Position numbers and translations under genes: made by a program. A stretch of DNA of 64,000 nt. Origin: Gemmatimonadota bacterium (GTDB lineage Bacteria; Gemmatimonadota; Gemmatimonadetes; Gemmatimonadales; GWC2-71-9). Below, one piece after another: positions 34,402 to 44,374 of the stretch; the first letter of the stretch is position 1, and each line of letters starts with the position of its first letter. Below the pieces are notes generated by a model, which saw only the letters and a list, made by a program, of their open reading frames with translations, ran no database searches and was not told where the DNA came from. The stretch covers positions 1 through 64,000 of the forward strand of contig QHTZ01000081.1 of NCBI GenBank assembly GCA_003221005.1, in the 5' to 3' direction.

Positions 34402-35522
34402 CCGCGCCGCGCAAGGTGCGCCAGCGTAGCCCCGATCACGAGACCCACCACGTAGCCGTACGGCAGGAAAGCGGCGCACACGGCGACCAGCGCGGCGATG
34501 AAGAAGTCCGACCGCTCGCCGGCGAGGTCGCGCACCAGCACGACCAGGGCGATCCCCTCGAACAGCAGCAGGACGCCGAGCATCGGGAGCGGGAACACCG
34601 TGACTAGGCGCGCGAACCCGCCGCTGAAGAACAACCCCAGCGCGATGAACATCGCGCCATAGATCACCACGGATCCCCCGGTGCGCCCGCCGAACGCGTA
34701 GTGGCCCGCGAACCCACCCGAGCCGTGGCACACCGGCACTCCACTAAGGAACGAGCTCGCCAGATTCATCGCGCCGTAGGTCAAGCCGACCTTGCGGACC
34801 GAGAGGCGGACGTCGGGAAACAGGTCCCGGGCGATTTGATGCGTGGCGAGGATCGAGTTGCCCAGAGAGAGGGGCAATTGCGGAAGCGCCAGCACGATGA
34901 ACCCGGTGACGACGTCCGCGAGCGTGGGCACGTGGAGCCGCGGCAGCTGGAAGCCGGCGCTCCGGATCACCTCTGAGACCGGCAGCTTGAGCGCGAAAGC
35001 GTAAATCAGCCCGAGCGCCACGACCGGCAGCGCGGCCGGGAGCCGCCGGTTCCCGATGAGGGCGACCGTGATGACAAAAGCGACCGCGGCGAGAACGTAC
35101 CCGGGGGCGTGGTCGGCGCCGACGTACTCGCGCAGGGCGAGCGACGCCAGCTGCAGTCCCAGACCGAGCTGAATCCCGCGCACCACGCTCTTGGGGATCG
35201 CCCACGCGAGCCAGTCGATCAATCCGAACGCCGTGATCAGCAGCATCGCGACGCCGATGGCGAGGCCCGCGCCGTAGATGATGTCGGCGGCGATGTGCTG
35301 CGTAATCACGAGCGCCGCGACCGCCTTGAGTGGCTGGACCGGCATCGGGAGGCGGTATGCCAGCCCCGTGAGGAGCTGCATGGCGCCGTAGGCGACGAGG
35401 ACGCTGGCCGCGTCGAGATGCGCGGCGAGCACCATGCCTACGATGAGCGGCAGGTCCGTGCCCAGGTCCCCGAACGCTCCCGCGAGCTCGTTGCGGTCGA
35501 AGCGGACGGCGGGAGGACTCAT
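34371..35522 (-). CDS. MOT1-family molybdate/sulfate transporter
   Basis: GAFGDLGT, PMPVQPLKA, PVCHGSGGFAGHYAFGGR. Confidence 0.88.
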   Translation of the reverse strand: MSPPAVRFDRNELAGAFGDLGTDLPLIVGMVLAAHLDAASVLVAYGAMQLLTGLAYRLPMPVQPLKAVAALVITQHIAADIIYGAGLAIGVAMLLITAFGLIDWLAWAIPKSVVRGIQLGLGLQLASLALREYVGADHAPGYVLAAVAFVITVALIGNRRLPAALPVVALGLIYAFALKLPVSEVIRSAGFQLPRLHVPTLADVVTGFIVLALPQLPLSLGNSILATHQIARDLFPDVRLSVRKVGLTYGAMNLASSFLSGVPVCHGSGGFAGHYAFGGRTGGSVVIYGAMFIALGLFFSGGFARLVTVFPLPMLGVLLLFEGIALVVLVRDLAGERSDFFIAALVAVCAAFLPYGYVVGLVIGATLAHLARRGYVPPPSAST

Positions 35523-36883
35523 GGCGCGGCACGCCGCGTGACGCTCACTCCCTCGAGCAGCACCGACGGCGTGTTGCGCGCGCCGTACCAGCGGCGGTCG
35601 CTCCCGAACCCGGCGATGCGCTGCAACAGGTCGTAGCTGTTGCCCGCGACGGCCGCGTCCTTCACGCGACCGACGATCTCACCGCGCCTGATGCGATACG
35701 CGAGCGCCACCGGATGGCTGAACGCCCCGCCGCTCACGTTCCCCTGCCCTACCCCGATGAGGTCGTCGACCAGAAGACCGTCGGCGATGTCGCCGAGCAA
35801 ACCGCCACCCAACTGTAGGGGCACGGCATGCCATGCCCCTACGGAATACCCGTCCCCCTTCCCCCGTCCCTCGTCCCCTATGATGAGGTTGGTATATCCG
35901 ACGACAGGCTTCGAAAAAATGGCGCGCTGCCCGTGCCCCGTGCTCATCGTCCCGGCACGGGCCGCGGTCTCGAGATCATAGATGAACCCCTGCACGACGC
36001 CACGTTGCACGAGGCACGTGGCGCGCGACGGCACGCACTCGTCGTCCACGGGCCGTGACGACGCTCTGCCGGGAGCGAGCGCGTCGTCCGTGAGCGAGAA
36101 CGCTGGATCGAACATCTGTTCGCCGACCTTCGCGGCGAGGGGCGAGATGCCCTGCAGCACGGCCTTGCCCGAGAGGGCCTGGGTGAGGGGCAGGAGCACC
36201 GCGGTAAGTCCGGCGGGCGTGAATATGACCGGGAGCGCGCCTTCGGGCGGGTCGGTGACCTTGAGGGCAAGATCGAGGCGCGTATTGACCGACTGTGCGA
36301 TGCGAGCGACGTCGGCCGCGCTCGGGAGATCGGCGCCCTCGAACGCGTCGCCGAGCACGAGCACGTCGTCGCCCGCGACGCGCCACAGGTCGGCGCTCAC
36401 CACGACGCCGGTCGATTGGTAGCTCGAGTCGGCGCCGGCCGAGTTCGCCACCCGCGTCTCGGCCAGCTCGCGCTCGACGCTGACGTTGACCTGGCACCCA
36501 TCGCGCGCGAGCTGTGCGACGAGCCCGGCCCCGAGCTCGATGAGGGCATCGAGCGACGCGCCGGCTGCCGCAGCGAAGAACGTAGGGACGTGGGGGAGCG
36601 GGGTGCGCGACGGAAACGCGAGCGTCAGCTCCGCGCCCAGCTCGGCCGAGGCGAGCGCGCGGCTCACCAACTCGTCAGGCGCGGCAGCGACGGCGGTCGA
36701 GCCCGCCACGCCGACCCGCCCGCCGCTCACGACCCGCAGGTTGACGCCCGCCTCTTCCGTCACCCCCGCGGCCTTTAGGCGGCCGAATTCGAACGCGACG
36801 GACGTCCGCTCCGACCGGCGCCACAGGGCGTCCGCGGTGCCCGCCCCGCGGCGCCGCGCCTGCTCGAGCAGCCGCTCGATCAC
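35519..36883 (-). CDS. pmbA: PmbA/TldE family protein
   Basis: DDECVP, STGHG, GAFS, GEIVGRVKDAAVAGN; lacks HExxxH; follows tldD. Confidence 0.85.
   Translation of the reverse strand: MIERLLEQARRRGAGTADALWRRSERTSVAFEFGRLKAAGVTEEAGVNLRVVSGGRVGVAGSTAVAAAPDELVSRALASAELGAELTLAFPSRTPLPHVPTFFAAAAGASLDALIELGAGLVAQLARDGCQVNVSVERELAETRVANSAGADSSYQSTGVVVSADLWRVAGDDVLVLGDAFEGADLPSAADVARIAQSVNTRLDLALKVTDPPEGALPVIFTPAGLTAVLLPLTQALSGKAVLQGISPLAAKVGEQMFDPAFSLTDDALAPGRASSRPVDDECVPSRATCLVQRGVVQGFIYDLETAARAGTMSTGHGQRAIFSKPVVGYTNLIIGDEGRGKGDGYSVGAWHAVPLQLGGGLLGDIADGLLVDDLIGVGQGNVSGGAFSHPVALAYRIRRGEIVGRVKDAAVAGNSYDLLQRIAGFGSDRRWYGARNTPSVLLEGVSVTRRAAP
35815..35878. repeat. GTAG-type REP palindrome plus solo 7-mer arm, in frame within pmbA
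   Basis: GTAGGGGCACGGCATGCCATGCCCCTAC (35815-35842), then CCCGTCC CCCTTCC CCCGTCC CTCGTCC (35849-35876). Confidence 0.75.
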
Positions 36884-38265
36884 GCGGCGTCCGGGACGTC
36901 GCCCCCGACCAGCGCTTCCTCGATCCGCACGTGGGGCGCGCCCTCGGTCACCGGCAGAGGGAACTGCCCGCCCTTGCCGCAACCCCCGCCCATCTCGTTC
37001 CAGCGGAAGTCGCCGGCGATGCGCTCGATGCGATCCAGGGTCTGGAACAGGTTGCCCGCGATCACCACGTCCTTCACGAGCTCCGCCACCTGGCCGTCGC
37101 GGATCATGTGCCCATAGGCGGCGGTGAAGGAGAAGTTCTCGAGCAGCGTCTGGCCGCCGAAGGCGCTGCACGCGTAGACGCCGAGCGGGATGTCCTTGAT
37201 CAGGTCGGCGAAGCTGCCGCGCCCGTTCGCGATGTAGGTGTTGGTCATCCGGACGATGGGGGGATAGCGGAACGAGGTGGCGCGGGCGTTGCCGGTGGGG
37301 TGCTCCCCCAGCGCCGCCGCCGTCTCACGCGAATGCAGCCGGCCGACGAGCACCCCTGCGCGGATCAACGGCGTGTCCTGTGTGGGCGTGCCCTCGTCGT
37401 CGAACGGCAGGGTGCCCCGCAGCCCGGCCGCGGCCCCGTTGTCCCCCACGTTGAGGAGCGGTTTCCCGAAGCGGCGGCCGAGCGTCATCATCTCGCGCGC
37501 CTGGGGATTCTCGTAGATGAAGTCGGCCTCGGAGAGATGGCCGAATGCTTCATGGATGAACACGCCGGCGAGCTCGGGGTCGAGCACGACCGGGTAGGTG
37601 CCGCCCTTCACCCGCGGCGCGTCCAGCAGCGCCACGGCGCGCTCCGCGGCCCGGCGGAATCCCGCCGCGCGGTCCTGCACGCTGCGCCAGCCGCGCCGCA
37701 GGCCGAACGACTCGAGACCTTTCTCGATGATCCCATCGCGCCGCGCCACGGCGCTCCCCGACACCGTCACCTCGGGACGGAGCTCGTGCAGCACGGTCCC
37801 CTCCGAGTTGACGTACCAGTACTCCGTCACTGCGTCGTGGTAGCTGGCCACGGTATCCACGACGCGGTCGCTGACGGCGAGCATTTCGCTGTTGTAGGCC
37901 TCGATCAACCGCTTCTTCTCGGCGAGGGGGACGCCGCGCACGTCGCCGTCCAGGTCGAGGACAGCGTCGGCCTGGTGCGGCGGAACCTCGGCGAGGCGGA
38001 TCGGGCGCTCCAGGCGCACGGCCCGGGAAAGCTCACCCGCCCGCGCGACCATCGCAGGGAGCTGGTCGAGCGAGGTGAACGCCGCGACGCCCCAGCCGCA
38101 GCCGCGATGCAGCGTGCGCACGAAACCGCCCTGGTCCTCGCTCGCGGTGGCCGCTTCGAGCCGCCGCCCCCGGAAGGAGACGGCCGAGGTCCAGGTGCGT
38201 TCGAGGCGGATTTCGGTGAAGTCGGCGCGCGACGCGGCCAGCGCGTCGGTGAGGCGGTCCTTCAC
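36880..38265 (-). CDS. tldD: TldD metalloprotease
   Basis: HEAFGHLSEAD, FDDEG, RMTNTY, GGCGKGGQ. Confidence 0.93.
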   Translation of the reverse strand: MKDRLTDALAASRADFTEIRLERTWTSAVSFRGRRLEAATASEDQGGFVRTLHRGCGWGVAAFTSLDQLPAMVARAGELSRAVRLERPIRLAEVPPHQADAVLDLDGDVRGVPLAEKKRLIEAYNSEMLAVSDRVVDTVASYHDAVTEYWYVNSEGTVLHELRPEVTVSGSAVARRDGIIEKGLESFGLRRGWRSVQDRAAGFRRAAERAVALLDAPRVKGGTYPVVLDPELAGVFIHEAFGHLSEADFIYENPQAREMMTLGRRFGKPLLNVGDNGAAAGLRGTLPFDDEGTPTQDTPLIRAGVLVGRLHSRETAAALGEHPTGNARATSFRYPPIVRMTNTYIANGRGSFADLIKDIPLGVYACSAFGGQTLLENFSFTAAYGHMIRDGQVAELVKDVVIAGNLFQTLDRIERIAGDFRWNEMGGGCGKGGQFPLPVTEGAPHVRIEEALVGGDVPDAA

Positions 38266-38819
38266 TCCGCCAGTTCCCTCAGCTTCTCCGCGTAGTCGGG
38301 ACGCATGACGATCTCTCCGCCGACGATGATCTCGCGGTCCCAGGGGAGGATGATGAAGTTTTCGGTCTCGAGGGCGTAGAAGTCCGGCTTGTAGTCGCCG
38401 GTCCGGAACGACACGGCGGTTTTCACGGCCGCGGGCTTCAGGTCCCGCACCGCGGCGAGCGCGAGCTTCATGGTGTCGCCCGTGTCGCAGGTCTCGTCCA
38501 CGATGAGCACTCGCTTGCCGGTGACGATCCGCGGCGGCCCGGCGATGACAGTGGGGCGGGCGCCGCTCGCCTCGCGCGTGATCGCGATCGACGCGAAGTC
38601 GCGCTGCAGGATGCTCGCCACCACGGCGCCCGGAATCACGCCCGCCTTGGCGATCCCGACCACCAGTTCCGGGTCGTACTCGCGGAAGATCCGGAGCGCG
38701 AGCGCCCGGCACAGCTCGCCGAAGAAGGGCCAATCGACCTGGAGCACGCCGTGCGGCGGCAGGCGGCCGCCGCGGGTGGTGGGCGTGGTCGGCACCGTGG
38801 GTCTGCGGGTGGGAGGCAT
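38262..38819 (-). CDS. Type I phosphoribosyltransferase (xanthine/hypoxanthine-like)
   Basis: GIAKAGVIPG, VLIVDETCDTGDTM, IILPW. Confidence 0.85.
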   Translation of the reverse strand: MPPTRRPTVPTTPTTRGGRLPPHGVLQVDWPFFGELCRALALRIFREYDPELVVGIAKAGVIPGAVVASILQRDFASIAITREASGARPTVIAGPPRIVTGKRVLIVDETCDTGDTMKLALAAVRDLKPAAVKTAVSFRTGDYKPDFYALETENFIILPWDREIIVGGEIVMRPDYAEKLRELAE

Positions 38820-38873
38820 AGGCTGGAAGAAGCTACATTGCTAAACGACGAGGCCGCAAGCTATTTTCGGCCC

Positions 38874-39329
38874 ATGGGTTTTTGGCGCCGACTGTTCGGC
38901 GGCTCGGGAGGCGAGGACCTCCAACCGCAGCGCCTGGATTACCTCAACGAGGCGCTCGCGCTCGAGCGGCAGGGCGACTACGACGCCGCCCTCACCTCGT
39001 ATCGCCTCGCACTCCGCGATCATCCCAACGACGCCCGCATCCTCCAGAACATGGCGATCGCGCTCACCAAGACGCGACGCGTGGACGAAGCGATCCGCCA
39101 TTACCGGAGGGCGCTGGAGCTCGACAGCACACTCGCCGGCGCGCACTACGGGTTGGCGTTTCTGTTGCTCAAGCGCGGCGACCCCGACGGCGCGGAGCGA
39201 CATCTCAAGGCGTTTCTCGCACATCCACCCCGAGGTCCCGACGCCCAGCGGTGGATCGAGCACGCCACGCAGGCGCTGCGCGACCTAGGCGCCAGCCCGC
39301 CGCAGGCGATCTCGGCCGAGGCGCCCTGA
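38874..39329 (+). CDS. TPR protein
   Basis: Three TPR-like helical repeats. Confidence 0.78.
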   Translation: MGFWRRLFGGSGGEDLQPQRLDYLNEALALERQGDYDAALTSYRLALRDHPNDARILQNMAIALTKTRRVDEAIRHYRRALELDSTLAGAHYGLAFLLLKRGDPDGAERHLKAFLAHPPRGPDAQRWIEHATQALRDLGASPPQAISAEAP

Positions 39330-39633
39330 GCCACCGACGACCGATCGGCGCGTTCCTGCTTGCCGTCACGGCCGTCGTGGGGGGAGGGGGAGGGGGAGGG
39401 TGTGGAAAGCTCGCACCGGATTTTAATCAGGTGATCGCACTCGAAGTGACGGTGGCGGACAGGGTCGCGGTGGACGACACGCTGCGCGCCCACGCGATCG
39501 CGCGCACCGCGCGCGGTGACTCGGTGAGCGCGACCATCTCCTGGGCCAGCCTGGCGCCAGGATCCAGGCGCGCACCGGCGATCTGCGCACCAACGCGATC
39601 TCGATCACCGTCTACACGCCGACCCCACCGTGA
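39326..39633 (+). pseudogene. Putative Ig-like lipoprotein with frameshift/deletion near 39552
   Basis: Signal...GCGKLAPDF...ISWASL in one frame; ARIQARTGDLRTNAISITVYTPTPP* in another. Confidence 0.5.
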
Positions 39634-41447
39634 CGAAGGGAACGCTGGTCCGCCTGTTCTTCGACGCCGTGGAGCGGTTCGCCAGCCTCCCCGCCGCGCT
39701 GCGGCACAAGGTGGGAGGCCGCTGGGTGGCACTCACACACCGCGAGGTGGAGGAGCGCGTGCGCGCCGTTTCGCTCGGCCTGCGCGAGCTCGGGGTCCGC
39801 CCCGGCGACCGCGTGTCGATCCTCTCCGAGAATCGGCCGGAATGGGCGATCGCGGACTACGCCTGCCTCTGCGCCCGCGCCGCGGACGTGCCCATCTACC
39901 CCACGCTCCCCGCGAAACAGGTGGAGTACATCCTCCACGACTCGGGCGCGGTGCTGGTGTTCTGCTCGACGGCGACACAGCTCGCGAAGGTGCTCGAGGT
40001 CCGCGCCGACCTACCATCGCTGCGGCACGTCGTCGTGTTCGACGCGGCCGCGCGCCGCGATGGCACCATGACCTTCGCCGACCTCGAGGCGCTGGGACGC
40101 AACGCCGTCGCGAAATACCCGCAGTTCCGGGTCGAAGCGTTGGCCGTAGAGCCCGACCAGCTCGCTACCCTCATCTATACCTCAGGGACGACGGGCGACC
40201 CGAAGGGCGTAATGCTCTCCCACAACAACCTGTGGTCCAACGTGCAGTGCTCCTTGCGGATGATCTCCGTGGGCGTGGGGGACGAGTGCCTCTCGATGCT
40301 GCCGCTGTCGCACGTGTTCGAGCGGATGGTGGACTACACCATGTTCAACGCCGGGGTAGTCATCAACTACGCTGAATCGTTCGAGCTGGTACGTCAGAAT
40401 CTCCAAGAGGTCCGGCCGACGGTAGTGCTCTCGGTGCCGCGGTTCTACGAAAAGGTGTATGCCGCCGTGCTCGAGAACGCGCTCTCCGGGAGCGGGGTCA
40501 AGCGACGCATCTTCTTCTGGGCGAAGCGCGCAGGCGAAGACTGGGCGACCTACCGTCTGGCAGGGTTGCGGGTGCCCACGGGCCTCGCCCTGAAGCATGC
40601 GCTCGCGGACCGGCTCGTGTTCGCCAAGCTGCGGGCGCGCACCGGCGGCCGCCTCAAGCTGTTCTTCTCGGGGGGTGCACCGCTCAGCCCGGAGATCGCA
40701 AAGTTCTTCTTCAGCGCCCGCCTCCCCGTGGCGGAGGGGTACGGGCTCACCGAGACGTCTCCCGTGCTGACCATCAATCCGCCGGAGCGCATCAAGATCG
40801 GGACGGTCGGCAGGGCCATTCCCGAGGTGCAGATCAAGATCGCCTCCGACGGCGAGATCCTCGCCAAGGGCCCGGGGATCATGCAGGGCTACTACAACAA
40901 GCCCGACGCGACCCGCGAGGCGCTCGACGCCGACGGCTGGTTTCACACGGGGGACATCGGCGACCTCGACGCCGACGGCTACCTCAAGATCACGGACCGC
41001 AAGAAGGACCTGATCGTGACGGCGGGTGGCAAGAACATCGCGCCGCAACCGATCGAGAATCTGGTGAAGACCAGCAAGTTCGTCGCCAACGCCGTGATGC
41101 TGGGCGACAAGCGCAAGTTCCCGATCATGCTCGTGGTCCCGAACTTCGAGACGCTGGAGCGGTGGGCGCGGGAGCGGCGCCTGGCGTTCGCGTCGCGGGC
41201 GCAATTGATCGCGCTGGCCGACGTGCAGGCCAAGGTGGAGCGGGAAGTCATGGGGGAGCTGCGCGATCTCGCGAAGTTCGAGATGCCCAAGCGCGTGCTG
41301 CTGCTCGAGCACGACTTCACGATCGAGTCGGGCGAGCTGACGCCCACGCTCAAGGTCAAGCGGCGCGTCGTGGAAAAGCGCTACAAGGATCTCGTGGACC
41401 GGACGTACGCCGAGGGTGACGCGATCGCGGCTGCGCTGGAGGGGTGA
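39630..41447 (+). CDS. fadD: Long-chain fatty acid--CoA ligase (AMP-binding)
   Basis: YTSGTTGDPKG, EGYGLTE, GWFHTGD, DRKKD, ELTPTLK. Confidence 0.92.
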   Translation: MTKGTLVRLFFDAVERFASLPAALRHKVGGRWVALTHREVEERVRAVSLGLRELGVRPGDRVSILSENRPEWAIADYACLCARAADVPIYPTLPAKQVEYILHDSGAVLVFCSTATQLAKVLEVRADLPSLRHVVVFDAAARRDGTMTFADLEALGRNAVAKYPQFRVEALAVEPDQLATLIYTSGTTGDPKGVMLSHNNLWSNVQCSLRMISVGVGDECLSMLPLSHVFERMVDYTMFNAGVVINYAESFELVRQNLQEVRPTVVLSVPRFYEKVYAAVLENALSGSGVKRRIFFWAKRAGEDWATYRLAGLRVPTGLALKHALADRLVFAKLRARTGGRLKLFFSGGAPLSPEIAKFFFSARLPVAEGYGLTETSPVLTINPPERIKIGTVGRAIPEVQIKIASDGEILAKGPGIMQGYYNKPDATREALDADGWFHTGDIGDLDADGYLKITDRKKDLIVTAGGKNIAPQPIENLVKTSKFVANAVMLGDKRKFPIMLVVPNFETLERWARERRLAFASRAQLIALADVQAKVEREVMGELRDLAKFEMPKRVLLLEHDFTIESGELTPTLKVKRRVVEKRYKDLVDRTYAEGDAIAAALEG

Positions 41448-41465
41448 ACAGAGACGATCGCTCGC

Positions 41466-41945
41466 CTAGCAGCCTTCTATCACCCCGCCGAAGCCACTGG
41501 CGCTTCCTGCAGGGCCTACCGCATCGCCCGTGAATCCCCACGAAGATTCAGAGTGCCAGAACATCGAGTCCGGACGCCCGGCATAACCGACACCCTGGCC
41601 ACCCGGGAAAGAAAGCCTGTACTGCACAGCGATCCGGTCGCTCGGCGCCTCGAAGTGCTCACACCTCACCTGGTTCGGGAGCACTGTGTCGGTTCTGAAC
41701 CCTGGGCCCCACCACCCGAAGACGCCGCCGCTCGGCACGACCTCCGTGTGTTGGAGGACCGCGGTCTCTGGAGATAACCAGGTGATGATCGCGGTCCCAG
41801 GCTCTCGGTTATTGAAATGAGTTGAGAGATTGGTGTAGAAGACGGAGAGTTGCAGTGGAGCAAGCGAGTCCTTCGAGCACGCAGCCAAGGTCGCGGCGAG
41901 CGTCGCTCCGTAGAGGATCCGAAGCGGCGCGCTCGAGAGTCTCAT
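41466..41945 (-). CDS. Hypothetical lipoprotein
   Basis: LAAC lipobox, GAGGAGG SD; codon usage atypical for the window. Confidence 0.6.
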   Translation of the reverse strand: MRLSSAPLRILYGATLAATLAACSKDSLAPLQLSVFYTNLSTHFNNREPGTAIITWLSPETAVLQHTEVVPSGGVFGWWGPGFRTDTVLPNQVRCEHFEAPSDRIAVQYRLSFPGGQGVGYAGRPDSMFWHSESSWGFTGDAVGPAGSASGFGGVIEGC

Positions 41946-41999
41946 GGTCCCTCCTCAGCCAACTGCATCACTACAGCGTCGCGGGCGTCGCCAGCGCAC

Positions 42000-42320
42000 T
42001 CACCGAGTCTGAATCGAGAGGATTTCAACAACGGGTCCAACCATGCAATAGCTACCGTAATCAGCGCGGCGTAGTAGCCGGGCGCGGACCCGCAAGCCAT
42101 CGCGCCGGAATTCGTCTGGCAAGTTGAGGGGGAGGTAGTGGACGCGCTCGCTGATGGCAATCGTCCAACATCCACCTTCGAGGTTGAGGAACTCGACTGC
42201 CGCGTTGACTGTCGCGAGCTTGCTCGACGCGAGGGGGTCGGTTGGCTGACGACACGCCAAGGCCGCTGCCAGAATTGAGGCGGTTATTCCGAGTCCGGTT
42301 GCCGACGGCCGACGAAGCAT
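42000..42320 (-). CDS. Small hypothetical lipoprotein
   Basis: ALAC lipobox; LEGGCW...YLPLNLP...CMVG. Confidence 0.65.
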   Translation of the reverse strand: MLRRPSATGLGITASILAAALACRQPTDPLASSKLATVNAAVEFLNLEGGCWTIAISERVHYLPLNLPDEFRRDGLRVRARLLRRADYGSYCMVGPVVEILSIQTR

Positions 42321-42447
42321 GTGATTTGGTCTTACGGTCGACTCTTGAGCCTGTTCCGCGCTGTCTAACGAGTATTATGAGCGGACGAGGGATGTCCAGT
42401 ACGCACGTAGCTTCGTCTTCGTGGCGGGTATTGCGCCCGCGCCTCAC

Positions 42448-43071
42448 CTAGCTCTTCTCCCCCGCCCACAACCCCTGCCCCGCCGCGAGCTGCCGGATCC
42501 CGGGCGGCGGCACGACATCCTCCCGCTCGACCACGAACCGCCGTCCTCTGAGCAGCACGCGCTGGCCTTCCTCGAACCACGGCGGAGCCGCCACGTCCGC
42601 CCCCAGGACGACGCCGCGCGCCATCGCCGGACGCAGCGGAATCACTCCCGCCGCGCGCACCAGGCTGAGCACCGGCAATTCCTCCGCATCGCTCGGCGCA
42701 TTCACGCCGATGAAGTGAACCCCACCCCTCAGTCCCGCTAGGCCCACCGCGTGCCGCACTCCGTCACCCACGAGCACGATGAAGCCGCCGGGGCCGGAGA
42801 GATCGAGGAGGGCCTGGAGGGTCTGTGCGTCATCGGGACGAAGGACGGGGGACGGGGGACGGGTGGCGGCGGGGCCACGTCCCACGTCCCTCGTCCCCCG
42901 TCCCGTGAAATCGACGACCCCGTGCACAATCGGATACTCCCGCTTGCAAATGGGACATCCCACGATCCCCGAGCGTACCATCCGTCCGAGCATCTCGCCC
43001 GTCGACAACACGAGGACGCCGAGCTCGTGCGGCTCGGGGCAGCGCAGCATCTCCGTCAACTCGATGTGCAT
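42448..43071 (-). CDS. Trm112-like zinc-ribbon plus degenerate methyltransferase-like domain
   Basis: LRCP...GCPICKREYPI..GV, followed by a Rossmann-like region. Confidence 0.6.
   Translation of the reverse strand: MHIELTEMLRCPEPHELGVLVLSTGEMLGRMVRSGIVGCPICKREYPIVHGVVDFTGRGTRDVGRGPAATRPPSPVLRPDDAQTLQALLDLSGPGGFIVLVGDGVRHAVGLAGLRGGVHFIGVNAPSDAEELPVLSLVRAAGVIPLRPAMARGVVLGADVAAPPWFEEGQRVLLRGRRFVVEREDVVPPPGIRQLAAGQGLWAGEKS
42835..42905. repeat. Inverted 7-mer tandem-repeat pair (GGGACGG)n / (CCCGTCC)n, in frame inside CDS
   Basis: GGGACGA AGGACGG GGGACGG GGGACGG ... CCACGTC CCACGTC CCTCGTC CCCCGTC. Confidence 0.85.
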
Positions 43072-43079
43072 CGGCGCGC

Positions 43080-43805
43080 TCAGCCCCGTCGCGTGTACCC
43101 GCTCGGCAGCAAGCGGATCTCGGTCACGTCGACCCGCAGCGGCTGCGTCACCGCGAACACCACGGCCGCTGCGACGTCCTCGGCATGCAACATGTCCCTG
43201 CGTTTGGTGAATCCCGGCTTGGAATCCGGATCCACGTCGTCCCAGAGGTCGGTGTCGACCGGCCCCGGCGAGACCAACGTCGTGCGCACGCCGCTGCCCG
43301 CCAGCTCGACGGCGAGCACTCGGTGCATTCCCCGGAGCCCGAACTTGCTTGCCGCGTAAGCGGTCGACCCGGAGAACGCGACGTGATCGGCGATGCTCCC
43401 GATCGTCACCAGGTGACCGCTGCCGCGCTGGCGCAGCGCGGGCACGAGGAGGTGGGCGAGCAGGAAGGGGCCGGTGAGGTTGGTCGCGAGGGTCTCCGCG
43501 AACTCGCGGTATGTCGTGGCTTCCACCGGCTTCACGTAGAACACGCCTGCGTTGCTGACCACGATGTCGGGGAGGCCGAGCTCAGCCTGGATCCGCGCCA
43601 GCGCTCGCTCCACGGCGGCGGGGTCCGTCACGTCGCAATGCACGTCGGTCTGGCGCTCGGTCGCGCGATCCTCGAGACTGCGCGCCAGGCGCACCACGTG
43701 CGCCCCAGCCGTGCGCAGCGCGTCCGCGACGGCGCGCCCGATCCCCCGCGAGGCGCCCGTCACGAGCGCGACCTTCCCCTCGAGCGAGATCGTCGCGGCG
43801 GTCAC
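43080..43805 (-). CDS. Short-chain dehydrogenase/reductase
   Basis: [22 protein letters not shown]. Confidence 0.92.
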   Translation of the reverse strand: MTAATISLEGKVALVTGASRGIGRAVADALRTAGAHVVRLARSLEDRATERQTDVHCDVTDPAAVERALARIQAELGLPDIVVSNAGVFYVKPVEATTYREFAETLATNLTGPFLLAHLLVPALRQRGSGHLVTIGSIADHVAFSGSTAYAASKFGLRGMHRVLAVELAGSGVRTTLVSPGPVDTDLWDDVDPDSKPGFTKRRDMLHAEDVAAAVVFAVTQPLRVDVTEIRLLPSGYTRRG

Positions 43806-44370
43806 TCCGCCGCGCGGCCGCCGTGCACCAGACGCAGGAACTCGTCGCGCGTCTTCGCGTCCTGGAGCAGCGCGCCGCGCAGCGCGCTCGTCACCGTCTT
43901 CGAGTTTTGCTTCTCCACGCCGCGCATCATCATGCAGAGGTGGTACGCCTCGATCACGACGCCCACCCCCAAGGGATCGAGCACCTCCATCAGCGCGTCG
44001 GCCACCTGATCGGTGAGCCGCTCCTGCACCTGGAGGCGCCGCGCGAACACCTCGATCACGCGGGGGATCTTGGAGAGCCCGACGAGCCGGCCGTTCGGGA
44101 GGTAGGCCACGTGCGCTCGCCCATAGAACGGGAGCATGTGGTGCTCGCACAGCGAGTAGATCTCGATGTCGCGGACGCACACTAAGTTGTCGTGCCGCTC
44201 AGTGTACAGGGCGTCGCCGATCACGTCCGCGACGGACACGTCGTAGCCGCGCGTCAGCCACTTGAGCGAGGCCGCGACGCGCGCCGGCGTCTGGCGCACG
44301 AGGGCGCCGCCTCGGACGCCGGCGGCTCCACATGCTCTTCGTGGAAGCTGTGCAGGCTCGCCGACTTCAT
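43802..44370 (-). CDS. folE: GTP cyclohydrolase I; N-terminus out of frame near 44301
   Basis: [41 protein letters not shown]; ATG at 44370 is not in frame and the LGEDPxREGL segment is absent. Confidence 0.88.
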
Positions 44371-44374
44371 CTTG

